Assembly: GCA_025453445.1 (NCBI GenBank)
Contig: JALOQJ010000002.1
Coordinates: 6,249-70,248 of the forward strand
Source of the DNA: Candidatus Omnitrophota bacterium
GTDB taxonomy: Bacteria; Omnitrophota; Gorgyraeia; Gygaellales; Profunditerraquicolaceae
DNA length: 64,000 bases
Reading direction: 5' to 3'
Position numbers and translations under genes: made by a program. The notes beneath the pieces were generated by a model. That model made no database searches, was not told the DNA's origin, and saw only the letters and a list, made by a program, of their open reading frames with translations. How positions within the stretch are numbered: position 1 is the stretch's first letter; each line of letters begins with the position of its first letter. Positions 39,844-49,900 of this stretch are shown here, piece by piece.

Positions 39844-39845
39844 TT
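39711..39845. repeat. ~135-bp palindromic element overlapping the start codon and signal-peptide coding region (copy B)
   Basis: ATGACAAATACCAAAGCACAAATGACAAAA ... TTTTGTGCTTTGAATTTTGTCATTTGTCAT. The arms are reverse complements of each other. Confidence 0.6.
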
Positions 39846-39857
39846 GTCATTAACCTG

Positions 39858-41357
39858 CTATTGACCTTCCCGTCTTTCTCCTTTTCGCCTTTCTTCTTCT
39901 ACCCGTATTTCTTCATTGCGTCTTTCTGTTCTTCTGCGCTCTACCTGCGCACGGATGTCATAGGCTTTAGCTTCTGAAATATCGAAAGTCATAATAATAA
40001 AAATAGCAATTATAGAAGTCACAATCGGGATGCCGATATCGCACAGGCGCATATACAGTAAAGCTTGCGGTGTCTGGCTGGCGCCTAATGCAATATTGAA
40101 GCCGGTTACATTCAGAAGGATGCCGGAGAGAATCGATGCACCTGCTTGTCCGAGTTTTTGTATCCACCAGTAAATACCGCTAAACATACCTTCTCTGCGG
40201 GTACCGCAGCATAACTCATCTAAATCGCAGACATCAGCGACCATAGAAGGAACCATAGTGAAGAGCGCTCCCAGATGAAATGCCAAAAACGGAACAGCGA
40301 TCATCAATAAATAGGGATGTTGAGGATTATACCCTATCCATTTCAAGGCATAACCGACAATAGCAAGGCACATGGCAATTAAAAAAGTTTTCCGCTTTCC
40401 AATCTTTGTGGAGACCCAGGTGGTTAAGGAAATTGCAATTAAAGTACAAACAGAACTTGCCGTTCCGAACCAACCAAGCAATGTGCCACCCTTCCCCCAA
40501 TCGCCACCATAAACATAGTAGACAATAACATAAAGTGTAAAGGCAGAAGCAAGCATGAACCCGTTAAAAATTAAAAATGTTACTGCGATAAGCTTAACAA
40601 AAGGGAGGCATTTTAAAGAGGTTGCGCAATTGCTCAAGAGGTTTTTTATAACATTCCAATAGCCCTTTTCTCTTTTAGCCCTCGGCAAGTTAGCAAAGAG
40701 CTCTTTGCTAAAGATAGCGGGAAGTATGCCGCCGACTACGATAAAGACTCCGACCATGATAGCAATGGAGCGTGCTCCATGAACAATATCGGTAAACATA
40801 GTCTTATTGTTCATTATTTTAAAGAACCATGGCGCGACAAGCCAGGCAATCTGAGCGAAAAAGTTGCTGAATCCCTGCAACCGGGTCCGCTCATGGTAGT
40901 CAGGAGTCATTTCATAGCCGAGCGCGATCCAGGGGATCGAATAACAGGCAAAGGAAACAACAAAGAAACATTGGATGATTAAAAAATACCAAAAATAGAA
41001 ACTTTCCACTTGCCCTTTGTGGAGATTAAACATTAATGCAAATAAAATTCCGGAAGAAAGAGCTCCAAAGAATATCCAAGGTTTACGCCGTCCCCAACGG
41101 GTCCGGGTATTATCTGAACTGTGGCCGATTAATGGGTCTGAAAAAGCATCAATAAGACGGGGGATGGCACCGATTAAACCGACTAAAGCCGGATTCATGC
41201 CTAATCCTAAGTTTAAAACAATGACAAGCGATCCAATCGCAGCAGCCTGAAATTGATTAACAAGCCCTCCTATACTATATGCGATTTTTTGAAAAATAGG
41301 GATACGATCTGCGCGGGCTGTAATATGGTGTCCTGACTGGCCTTTTGATTGTTCCAT
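39858..41357 (-). CDS. MFS transporter, glycoside-pentoside-hexuronide (GPH/MelB-like) symporter family, with charged C-terminal tail
   Basis: 12 TM segments, MFS_2-like organisation, and an RR/EE-rich C-terminus. Confidence 0.7.
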   Translation of the reverse strand: MEQSKGQSGHHITARADRIPIFQKIAYSIGGLVNQFQAAAIGSLVIVLNLGLGMNPALVGLIGAIPRLIDAFSDPLIGHSSDNTRTRWGRRKPWIFFGALSSGILFALMFNLHKGQVESFYFWYFLIIQCFFVVSFACYSIPWIALGYEMTPDYHERTRLQGFSNFFAQIAWLVAPWFFKIMNNKTMFTDIVHGARSIAIMVGVFIVVGGILPAIFSKELFANLPRAKREKGYWNVIKNLLSNCATSLKCLPFVKLIAVTFLIFNGFMLASAFTLYVIVYYVYGGDWGKGGTLLGWFGTASSVCTLIAISLTTWVSTKIGKRKTFLIAMCLAIVGYALKWIGYNPQHPYLLMIAVPFLAFHLGALFTMVPSMVADVCDLDELCCGTRREGMFSGIYWWIQKLGQAGASILSGILLNVTGFNIALGASQTPQALLYMRLCDIGIPIVTSIIAIFIIMTFDISEAKAYDIRAQVERRRTERRNEEIRVEEERRKGERREGQ

Positions 41358-41393
41358 TAATGAACCTTTCTCCTTTATTAGGCTTTATCTAAT

Positions 41394-41509
41394 TGACGGG
41401 TGTGCATAATTGCACACCCGTCATTGCGAGGAGCAAAGCGACGAAGCAATCACAAAAAAAGATTGCTTAACTCCTGCTTCGACTGCGTCTCGCAGTCGCT
41501 CGCAATGAC
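41394..41509. promoter_or_regulatory. highly structured intergenic region (nested hairpins)
   Basis: A 13-bp stem hairpin TGACGGGTGTGCA-taat-TGCACACCCGTCA. GTCATTGCGAG / CTCGCAATGAC inverted pair 70 bp apart. An internal CGACTGCG-tct-CGCAGTCG hairpin. Confidence 0.4.
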
Positions 41510-41572
41510 AATAGAGGTTGCATTATAACAAATATATCTAGTGTAAGCAATATTATTGTCTGCCGTTTCGCC

Positions 41573-42442
41573 TTACACATTAAACAATTTTTTCATCCGA
41601 ATACCGCTTCCGGAAGTCACCCCATTAACAATATACTTCTGCATAAACAAATAGACTAATATTATAGGCAAGGCAGTAATCGTAAGGCCTGCCATCAATA
41701 ACGGATAATTGGTGACAAATTCTCCCTGAAATGTCTTTAACGCCACCTGCAGCGGCATAAACTTGCGGGAATCAAAAATAATCAAAGCCAGAATATATTC
41801 ATTCCAGACACTTAACGCATTAAATACTACCACAACTGCCAAAACCGGCTTTGCCAAAGGAAGCGCTACATGCCACCAGATTCCCAGTTTTGAACATCCG
41901 TCAATACGCGCAGCGTCTTCCAGCTCCTTAGGCAACTTATCAAAAAATGTTTTCAATAAAAATATGCTGGTCGATAAGCCTACATTAATCATACAGAGAA
42001 TATAGCCGATTGGCGTGTTCCTTAAATGCAATTTATTCAAAAGCACATACAGCGCAACAAAACTTCCCGGAATAGGAATCATCATCGCTGCCATAAACAT
42101 AATAAAGAGCAAATTACGGCCCGGAAAACGCAAACGCGCAAAAGCATAAGCTGCTAAAGATGAAATTATCACAATTCCGAAAACTACGGAAGCGGTATAA
42201 ATTATGCTGTTTAAAAAATTGCGGCCAAACCCGCCTTCGCGCCAGGCATTGATATAATTCTCAAAATGAAAGTGGCGCGGGATAAGTGAAATATCGCTAA
42301 AAATTATATCCTGTGTCTTAAAGCTGGAGGAAATCATCCATAATAAAGGGTACAAACAGGTAATCGCGACGCTGATTAAAAATAAATGAATCAGTATATT
42401 CAGGGTAATTTTTTTGCTTTTATAATAGAGTTCGCTTTTCAC
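41573..42442 (-). CDS. carbohydrate ABC transporter permease (MalG-like)
   Basis: 6 TM, with an EAA loop (LEDAARIDGCSKLGIWWHVALPLAKP). Confidence 0.8.
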   Translation of the reverse strand: MKSELYYKSKKITLNILIHLFLISVAITCLYPLLWMISSSFKTQDIIFSDISLIPRHFHFENYINAWREGGFGRNFLNSIIYTASVVFGIVIISSLAAYAFARLRFPGRNLLFIMFMAAMMIPIPGSFVALYVLLNKLHLRNTPIGYILCMINVGLSTSIFLLKTFFDKLPKELEDAARIDGCSKLGIWWHVALPLAKPVLAVVVVFNALSVWNEYILALIIFDSRKFMPLQVALKTFQGEFVTNYPLLMAGLTITALPIILVYLFMQKYIVNGVTSGSGIRMKKLFNV

Positions 42443-42512
42443 CCCGCACCTTCTCCTTATTTAATTTTAAACGTCATCCCCACGTCTTCTGAATTTTTTG
42501 AAGGTGCGGGGT

Positions 42513-43400
42513 TCATTCTTTAGCTTTCTTAGAAAATCTGTATTGGATAAAAGAAATTACGACCAGCACCATGCCAAAAGTAATCCCCTGCGCGCAAGCA
42601 TAACCAAATCTCGATGAACCGCGCATAGAAGCAAGAATGCGCAAGACCGGCACAGAAGTATGCCCGGCAAATTCTCCGCCGACAAGCCCGATAATCAGGG
42701 CAAACGCCTGCATTGTCCCCAATATCGTCAGAATTGCCACCAGCACAATTACCGGAATCATCAATGGTATGGTAATTTTACGAAAAGAATCCCATGCGCT
42801 TGCACCATCTACGCGCGCTGCTTCATACAGTTCACGCGGGATAGTCTGCAGGCCTGCCAGAAAAATTAAAAATCCCCAACCAAAACCCTTCCAACAATGC
42901 ACCAGCGCCACCGTAGTCAGGGCGGTATTCGGATCAGAAAGCCAATTATGCATTAAATTAGGAAAACCAATACCGGCAAGCATACGGTTAATTATATTAG
43001 CTCCGTCAATATCATTAATAATAAATCTCCAGCTCATCCCCACGACAATTTCTGATAATACCGGCGGGATAAAAAAGATTACCCGGTAAAAATTCTTCAT
43101 GCGGATTTCGCGGTCGCATGCCCAAGCCAATAAAAACGCCAGAATATTCTGAAAAGTAAGGGCGATAAGCGTAATATAGCCGGCATTACGCATTGCCTGC
43201 CACCAGCTGGGGTCCTGAAAAAGTATTTCTTTAAAATTTCCCCAGCCCAAAGGAATAGCATCCTTAAAAGGAATGATGCCGTCCCAATCAAAAAAACTTA
43301 AATGGAAAATCTGAATAAAAGGATAGATATAGAATACAGAAAAAATCAAAACTGCCGGTAAGACAAATATGTAATTTTCTAAGGTAGATTTAAATCTCAT
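42513..43400 (-). CDS. carbohydrate ABC transporter permease (MalF/UgpA-like)
   Basis: 6 TM, with an EAA loop (YEAARVDGASAWDSFRKITIPLMIP). Confidence 0.8.
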   Translation of the reverse strand: MRFKSTLENYIFVLPAVLIFSVFYIYPFIQIFHLSFFDWDGIIPFKDAIPLGWGNFKEILFQDPSWWQAMRNAGYITLIALTFQNILAFLLAWACDREIRMKNFYRVIFFIPPVLSEIVVGMSWRFIINDIDGANIINRMLAGIGFPNLMHNWLSDPNTALTTVALVHCWKGFGWGFLIFLAGLQTIPRELYEAARVDGASAWDSFRKITIPLMIPVIVLVAILTILGTMQAFALIIGLVGGEFAGHTSVPVLRILASMRGSSRFGYACAQGITFGMVLVVISFIQYRFSKKAKE

Positions 43401-44698
43401 GAACGCTTCTTAGCTTGCTCCCGCTCTTTAACCTTCTGGACATCAGCTGCCACTTGCTCGGGAGTTTTCTCGCCGATAACGATTGACTGGATCCCTCTGT
43501 CCAATGTTTCAGTTACCAAAGGAAATTCAGAAACCCCCCAGATATTCGGGTGAGTGGCCAGTTCCATATCATCAGCGAACTGCGCCAAAATCGGAGAAAT
43601 TTTTTCCAAACAATCTTTATTCGCCGGTAAATTTGAAGTTACTTCAGCCAAATACACCTGCTGTTCACCATCAGTAAGCCATTTAAGAAATTTTACTGCT
43701 TCTTCTTTATTTTTTGAACGGGCATTAACCATAAAAGAACTGCCTGCGCCTTCCCAAATGCTCATCGGATGTTTGTCTGAGGCCTTAGGAGGAAGCATTA
43801 CTGCATAATTCAAAACAGGGTTCATGCCTTTATAAACGTTTACGCACCAGGAGCCGTTAAAAGCAAAAACCGCTTTATTTGTTGCAAAAAGCTGCTCTGC
43901 GGTTTTATTCACCATTGTAACTGTGCCATTGGCTAAAACGCCTGATTCCCGCATTTCTTTAAAAAGGCCTAAAACTGTAATCCAATCAGGATCAGTATAT
44001 GGGACTTCGCCTCTGATTGTTGCTAAAACTTTATCTTCGCCCATAATATTAAAGGCGTAATTATTGGCAAGGCAATCAATCATCCAGACCTCGCTCCATC
44101 CGGAAACCAAACCCTGCATATTTTTGGCTTTGAGCAGCTTTCCGATTTCAATAAATTCTTTAAAGGTTGCCGGGGGACGGTTAGGATCCAATCCCAACTT
44201 TTTGAATAAATCTTTATTATAAAGCATCTCGATAGTCATGATATCTATGGGCACGCCATAAATACCCGGGACAACCTTATAAATATTACCATCGGGGAAT
44301 TCATTGACAGCAAGAGCCTTGGCAAAAAACCTGTTTTTCCAGGAACCAAGCAAATCATTCATGTAGGGGGTTAAATTTAAAACATGGCCTGCTTTGACGA
44401 AAGAAGCAAAATCTCTTTTCTCGCCTAAGATACCATAGACATCAGGAAGAGTCGCGCCTTGCGCAGCAGCGTGCACTTTTTGCGCATAAGCATCCGAGGG
44501 AGCGTAAAGCTCAAAATTCACTTTTATTCCGGTTTTGGCAACGTATCTCTTGGCTAATTCCTGAAAAGCCGGCTCGCGGTCAGTCATCCAATGCCAGATA
44601 GTAATAGTAGATTTGTCTGTCTCTTGATTACCTTGGCCGCATCCAGCCAACAGAATCCCCAATACCAAACACCAGGCTACCTTACGCATTTTTCTCAT
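43397..44698 (-). CDS. extracellular solute-binding lipoprotein (sugar ABC, SBP family 1)
   Basis: Lipobox LLAGCGQG and an SBP_bac_1-like fold, 433 aa. 4-nt overlap with the permease. Confidence 0.75.
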   Translation of the reverse strand: MRKMRKVAWCLVLGILLAGCGQGNQETDKSTITIWHWMTDREPAFQELAKRYVAKTGIKVNFELYAPSDAYAQKVHAAAQGATLPDVYGILGEKRDFASFVKAGHVLNLTPYMNDLLGSWKNRFFAKALAVNEFPDGNIYKVVPGIYGVPIDIMTIEMLYNKDLFKKLGLDPNRPPATFKEFIEIGKLLKAKNMQGLVSGWSEVWMIDCLANNYAFNIMGEDKVLATIRGEVPYTDPDWITVLGLFKEMRESGVLANGTVTMVNKTAEQLFATNKAVFAFNGSWCVNVYKGMNPVLNYAVMLPPKASDKHPMSIWEGAGSSFMVNARSKNKEEAVKFLKWLTDGEQQVYLAEVTSNLPANKDCLEKISPILAQFADDMELATHPNIWGVSEFPLVTETLDRGIQSIVIGEKTPEQVAADVQKVKEREQAKKRS

Positions 44699-44796
44699 AA
44701 AATTATCTAAAAATAGGACGTTTCAAACTGCTGAAGACATAGTATTAAAATTTAACATATCTTTACCTATAATTCAAGGCTTTTTCTCTTCTAAAC

Positions 44797-45512
44797 TTAA
44801 ACCCTTAAAACCCGTGCCAGGCCCATTAAATCCGCTCTTTCCAGATTGATGCCGCAGCGAAATGCATTACCAGCTGCAGCTTGCGACCAAGCCACTTCTC
44901 CGCGGGTATAAAGCGGCTCGCCCTGATCCGGGATATCCAGCCAAAGCTCTACTGGGGTATGTGCAGGTAATTCCGCGCCTAAAACCAAACCCACGCCTTT
45001 GGCGCTGACATCACAGGCCGTAGCGCGGCCTTCTTTGTTGGAACTGGCATCAAGGAACCTTGCAGGAAAATGAGCAGGGAAACGTGCAAAAATCCTTCTG
45101 TCCTTAAGCCTATCTTTTTCCATTGCTTCTCCTCCTTTCTCCAGATTTTTTATCTCTTTATCCGGCCACCACGTGCTTTGCACCTGCCGGGAAAAATCAT
45201 TGTGAATAAATTGATACATTTTTTCTTTGTCTTTATCGGTAATTTTAATGAAATAAACTCCATATATAGAATAGCCGTTGATTACCTGCTGCCAGGCGAC
45301 CTTTCCCTCGATATCCAGAACAATATCGCTGGTCAAGCTGAGGCTAAAATGGAATGGCAGGCCCTGCGCAGGAAATTTGATCTTGGTAATAACCTGCATC
45401 CCGCGGAAACCGAGGTTTTTTAAATTGCAATCGGCAAAAGCATACGCGCCAGCAAGTTTTATCTTTGCCTGCCGATTCACTTCCCATCTTCCTGCTCGAC
45501 GGTGATTGGGCA
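44797..45512 (-). CDS. tandem PilZ-domain (c-di-GMP-binding) protein
   Basis: Two RxxxR ... D-x-S-x-x-G sets (RRAGRWEV / RRIFARF ... DVSAKGVG). The likely start is MPNHRR with a GGAGGAG RBS. Confidence 0.5.
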
Positions 45513-45523
45513 TATTTACTCCT

Positions 45524-45934
45524 CTAAACCATAATAAGAATAAGTACAATAATATCCATAACCATAAGAAATAATCTCAATAATAAAGAGACTGCTATAT
45601 CTGTGATCCCCATTCCATTGGGAGCAAATAATAACGGTCCTGCCAAAAACCCCATTTGCAGGAAGAATGAAATTATAGCTGCTGCCTGAAACATTGTTTT
45701 TAAAATAATCCCTATGGCTACAATCGAATCTACCCATCTAACTGGCGGAACGCCTTTTAACATATATAGGCCTGAGATAACCATAAAGAAATAAATTATG
45801 AACCAAAAGAAAATATAGCTGAGCAGATCAACCGGCGTATTAATAAGCTCGGTGAGATTAAAAATTATCCCATGTAAACCGATTAATAAGAAAATTACGC
45901 CATAAATAATAACTAAAATTGCGCGTTGTTTCAT
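45524..45934 (-). CDS. small 4-TM membrane protein (hypothetical)
   Basis: Track ORF, strongly hydrophobic, no recognisable motifs. Confidence 0.4.
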   Translation of the reverse strand: MKQRAILVIIYGVIFLLIGLHGIIFNLTELINTPVDLLSYIFFWFIIYFFMVISGLYMLKGVPPVRWVDSIVAIGIILKTMFQAAAIISFFLQMGFLAGPLLFAPNGMGITDIAVSLLLRLFLMVMDIIVLILIMV

Positions 45935-45937
45935 TTT

Positions 45938-46909
45938 TTACTCCGCCCAAGACATACCGAAAATTGCCTGATTATCGGTGCCGATTCTAATTTGCTGTTT
46001 TGGATTATTTATTGGAGTTACATAAATACCTGCTATGCCATACCAAAGTTCTTTAGCATAAACTAAGTACTTTCCGTCGGGTGACCATCTAACAGGAAAA
46101 GACCCTCCAATACCAATAAGAGCTTTTTTGACAGGAATAATTAACTGGACTGTTTGCCTTGTTTTATCAAAAACATCCATAATATGATACCCGCCTATTC
46201 CTTCAAAAGCTAATTTAGCTCCATCCGGAGACCAAGCTGGCTGCATAGCTAAATCAATGTAATTCTCTATATTACCGGTAGCTATATCAACAACACAAAC
46301 ACCACTCATATTTCTTTCTTCCCTAAGGCCATTGCTTAGATACCTGCTAACTTTATTTTCATAGGTAAAAGCTATTTTTTTACTATCCGGAGACCAACTT
46401 GGCTGATCTTGTTCTGGTCTCATGCTGCTGACACGAGTAATTGCACGAGTATGACGATCGATAACATACAGCCCCTCTTTATTAGTATTTTGCATTATGA
46501 AAGCGATTTTTTTACCATCCGGAGACCAGGAAGGACATACCACGTTTGTTTCTTCACCTAAATCCAAAAACAATTTTACATTTGCGCCGTTTGAGTCCAT
46601 AATAAATAATCTGTTGGCCGAACTTTCATCTCGACTAAAAACTACCATACTGCCGTCAGGTGAAAAATAAGGATCCATTAAACCAAAATTATCTCCTGCA
46701 TTTTTTGAATATACTGTAATGTCTCTTTGTGAAGGTAATTCTATAACTTTAATAGTATGACCACCTAAACCATAAACAATCTCTCCCCGGAGGTCTTTTT
46801 TCATAAAAAAAGAGGTTACTACATCTTTATAAACTAAGAAATAGAAAATAAAATTACCTCCGATAATAAGAACTAAAAAAACAGCTAATATAATTTTTAA
46901 TATTTTCAT
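45938..46909 (-). CDS. TolB-like WD40/PD40 beta-propeller protein with N-terminal TM anchor
   Basis: Repeated [FW]SPDG[SK]x[IL][AV][FY] PD40 motifs (five copies). The start overlaps the end of the giant ORF, with a GGAGG RBS inside its last codons. Confidence 0.7.
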   Translation of the reverse strand: MKILKIILAVFLVLIIGGNFIFYFLVYKDVVTSFFMKKDLRGEIVYGLGGHTIKVIELPSQRDITVYSKNAGDNFGLMDPYFSPDGSMVVFSRDESSANRLFIMDSNGANVKLFLDLGEETNVVCPSWSPDGKKIAFIMQNTNKEGLYVIDRHTRAITRVSSMRPEQDQPSWSPDSKKIAFTYENKVSRYLSNGLREERNMSGVCVVDIATGNIENYIDLAMQPAWSPDGAKLAFEGIGGYHIMDVFDKTRQTVQLIIPVKKALIGIGGSFPVRWSPDGKYLVYAKELWYGIAGIYVTPINNPKQQIRIGTDNQAIFGMSWAE

Positions 46910-46912
46910 CTT

Positions 46913-49900
46913 TTACCTCCCAAAATTTGGCGGCGGCTGATACTTAGGTAGCTGTATCTGTGGCATTGGCTGATATTTTGGCATTGTCATCGGCTGAAAT
47001 TTTGGTAAATCAAATTTCATTGGCGGCGAATAAAAATTCGGCGTCTGAAATACCGGCTGTTGGAATCTCAACTGTTGAAAATCAACACGTGGCATTGAAA
47101 TATACATCGGCTGAGAAAATGGGTGCGTCTCATAATGAGTCCAGATTTGTGTTTCTCTGGTGCGCGTAGATAAATCAGGGTAGCTTATTTTTTGCTGCAT
47201 TTTAAATGAATAATTAAAATACGGATCTGATATAGCCCCGGACATGGAACGAGAAAATGCCATATTCGGCACTAATGGCTGCCATGGTAAATCAGTAATT
47301 GGAGTATTAATACCTATATCTTTAAGAAAACTATTGCGTCCACTATAACAATTTTTCCCTAAGCCGGGGATATTGAACATATTATATGATTCGATCTTAC
47401 CACGATAATTAGCTATATTATCAAAAACTTGCTTTGTGGCTATAGGATCAACTGTCAAGGTCCTATATATAACCAATCCATCCAAGATCTTTTTGTCTAC
47501 TGAATTATATATCCCCTCAGTTGCAATAAGTTTAGAAATATTTTTATCTTTAGGATTAAAATCTATTGTTTTTGTGAAATTATTGTAAGTAACGCTTATA
47601 AAGGTATGATCTTGGCCTGCTATTATAGGGCTATATCCTATTTCTACCCCCATATTTGGCCTAGACAACTCCTTCATCGACCAACCACTAATACGCGTAT
47701 TAGGTATTAATGAATTCTGGATCAAATCCTCTCCAATAAAACCAGCCCGATCAGGAAGATTTCTTAAAGCTGAAGCAAAAACATGTTTAGTAAAAGGATC
47801 CTGTTCCTGCTTCAAAGATTGGGCAAAAGTTTTTGTTAAATCAGGATTACCTGGTAATCTTCCGCCCAAAGACAAAGCTGAGCTTTGACGGATGCCAACA
47901 AAGTTGTCATGAAGGCCGGCAGAAAGTATCGGCATCATTTTAGGTGAATCAATTTTGCCTGCAACATCAATAGCACTCTGGCGCAACAAAGAATTATTGC
48001 TACGAAAATTATTCTCCACAATATTGATTATTTCCGGCGACTTAATTTTATCCAAATAGATAGTAGCGGTTGCCTGAACCATAGGAGTAGGGCCCTGACG
48101 AGCTAACCTTAGAAAAGAATCGCTTATAGCCGGATCTATGCCTACCCTACTATTTGTTACCCGCATTGCTGCTATCTGTAATTCCGGAGCAGAGCTAGAT
48201 AAAAAAGGCCTGCCCATCTCAATCGCCTTCGGGCAACTTGATTGGCTTAATCCTGACAAAATCCCCAACTGAGTATTCAACTCCCTTTCTTTTAACATCC
48301 GGCTAATCGGCTCTTCTAACCTAGGATAATCCCCGATATGTCCTGATAAAATACCTGCCGCTGTAGAAGACACATCCGGAGATGGATCGCTTAATTTCTG
48401 AAATGCTTTATCAAATACGACTGGATTCTCCTTAAACCAACCCGGCACAGGCAATAATGCTGCCTGCCGCACAGCAGGCTCTGGATCATCTAAAGCCCCG
48501 ATAATGATTTCTTTAGCCTGCGGTTCATTAAAATCTGCCAAACCATAAATTACCACAGAACGAACCTCTACATCAGGATCTTTAGCCATCCCTACTAACA
48601 CATCCAATACCTCTTTACCGCCGATTTGCGCCAATGCTACCGCTATCCTTGTCTTAGTTTCTTTTTCTATGCCCGGCTGTTGCAACACATCTTTTAGATG
48701 AGACACTGCCCGCACATCACCTAATTTACCCAAAGCTGTGATTGCCTCGTTGACGATATTTTGATTTTTACTATTCAAAAACGAAACAAACAACTCAAAG
48801 GTACGTGAATCATCCATATTCCCCAGTGCCCAAATAGATACACAACTCAATTTCTCGTCGCTGTCATAGGCTGATTTCATCAGCGCATCTGTTACTTTTA
48901 CTTCGGAGAATTGTCCCAAACGAGACGCCACATAAACTCGCATCTCTGAATTGTAGTTCTTCGCATCAGAAAGAATAGTAATAAGCTGATCTATGCATTC
49001 CGGCTCACCCAGCTCTGCCAAAGCCAATGCGGCATATATAGAGACATATTTTTGTATTTTGTCCTTACTATCCCGCGAATAGTTATTGGCGTATATTGGT
49101 AGTTTATACTGAACTTTTTGCTTCACAATTTCTTCTTGCGATAAAGCAAAGGAAAGAAATCCGGGATTAGATATTTTATATTGGCCCCTAAGGCCAGTAA
49201 TCAGAATATCTCTACCTGCAGGATTACCTGCTAATCCCAGATTCATTGCTGCGTAGAATGAAATTTTAAAATCATCATTCTTTAAGGCCCTTAAGTACCC
49301 TTGAATTAAATCATCTTTTGTAATACCGATTTTTTCATAAAAACTACCCTGAGGATCTAGAAATACCGGGTTGTATGTATTAAATCCTAAAGACGTCTGA
49401 TAATCCACTAACCCTTGTTTAGCTCTTTCATCAAAGGCATTTGATGATGGAAAAATCTCTGGATAGTACTGATAGATAAGACAATATTTAGAGAATGCAG
49501 CCATATAATTTCCTTTACTAATATTTACTTCTGCCAGCCTGCGGCTTTCCAAAGCATCTTCTAACGAGAAACCAATAAAACGGATATACTCATTACTATA
49601 AGTCTGTGTCTTGCTGTTTTTAGCTTTAGCGATAGGCAAATTCTCATAATCGATATCATGCATACACCCACCGGTTGTACTTATAAACCCTATTATCAAT
49701 GCTATTATAACTCCTTTTTGCGTAAATCGGAATAACTTAATTACTTTATTGGCAACGAGTTGCAGAGCTGGCCAAACTTGGCTGATTCCGGAAAATAACC
49801 AAGGGCATATTGAAAATATGATGAGAATTATTGGTGGGGCAAGGCTAAAAATACATTCCCCCACTTGCCCCAAGGCGCCGAAGTTATCCACATTGTAGCG

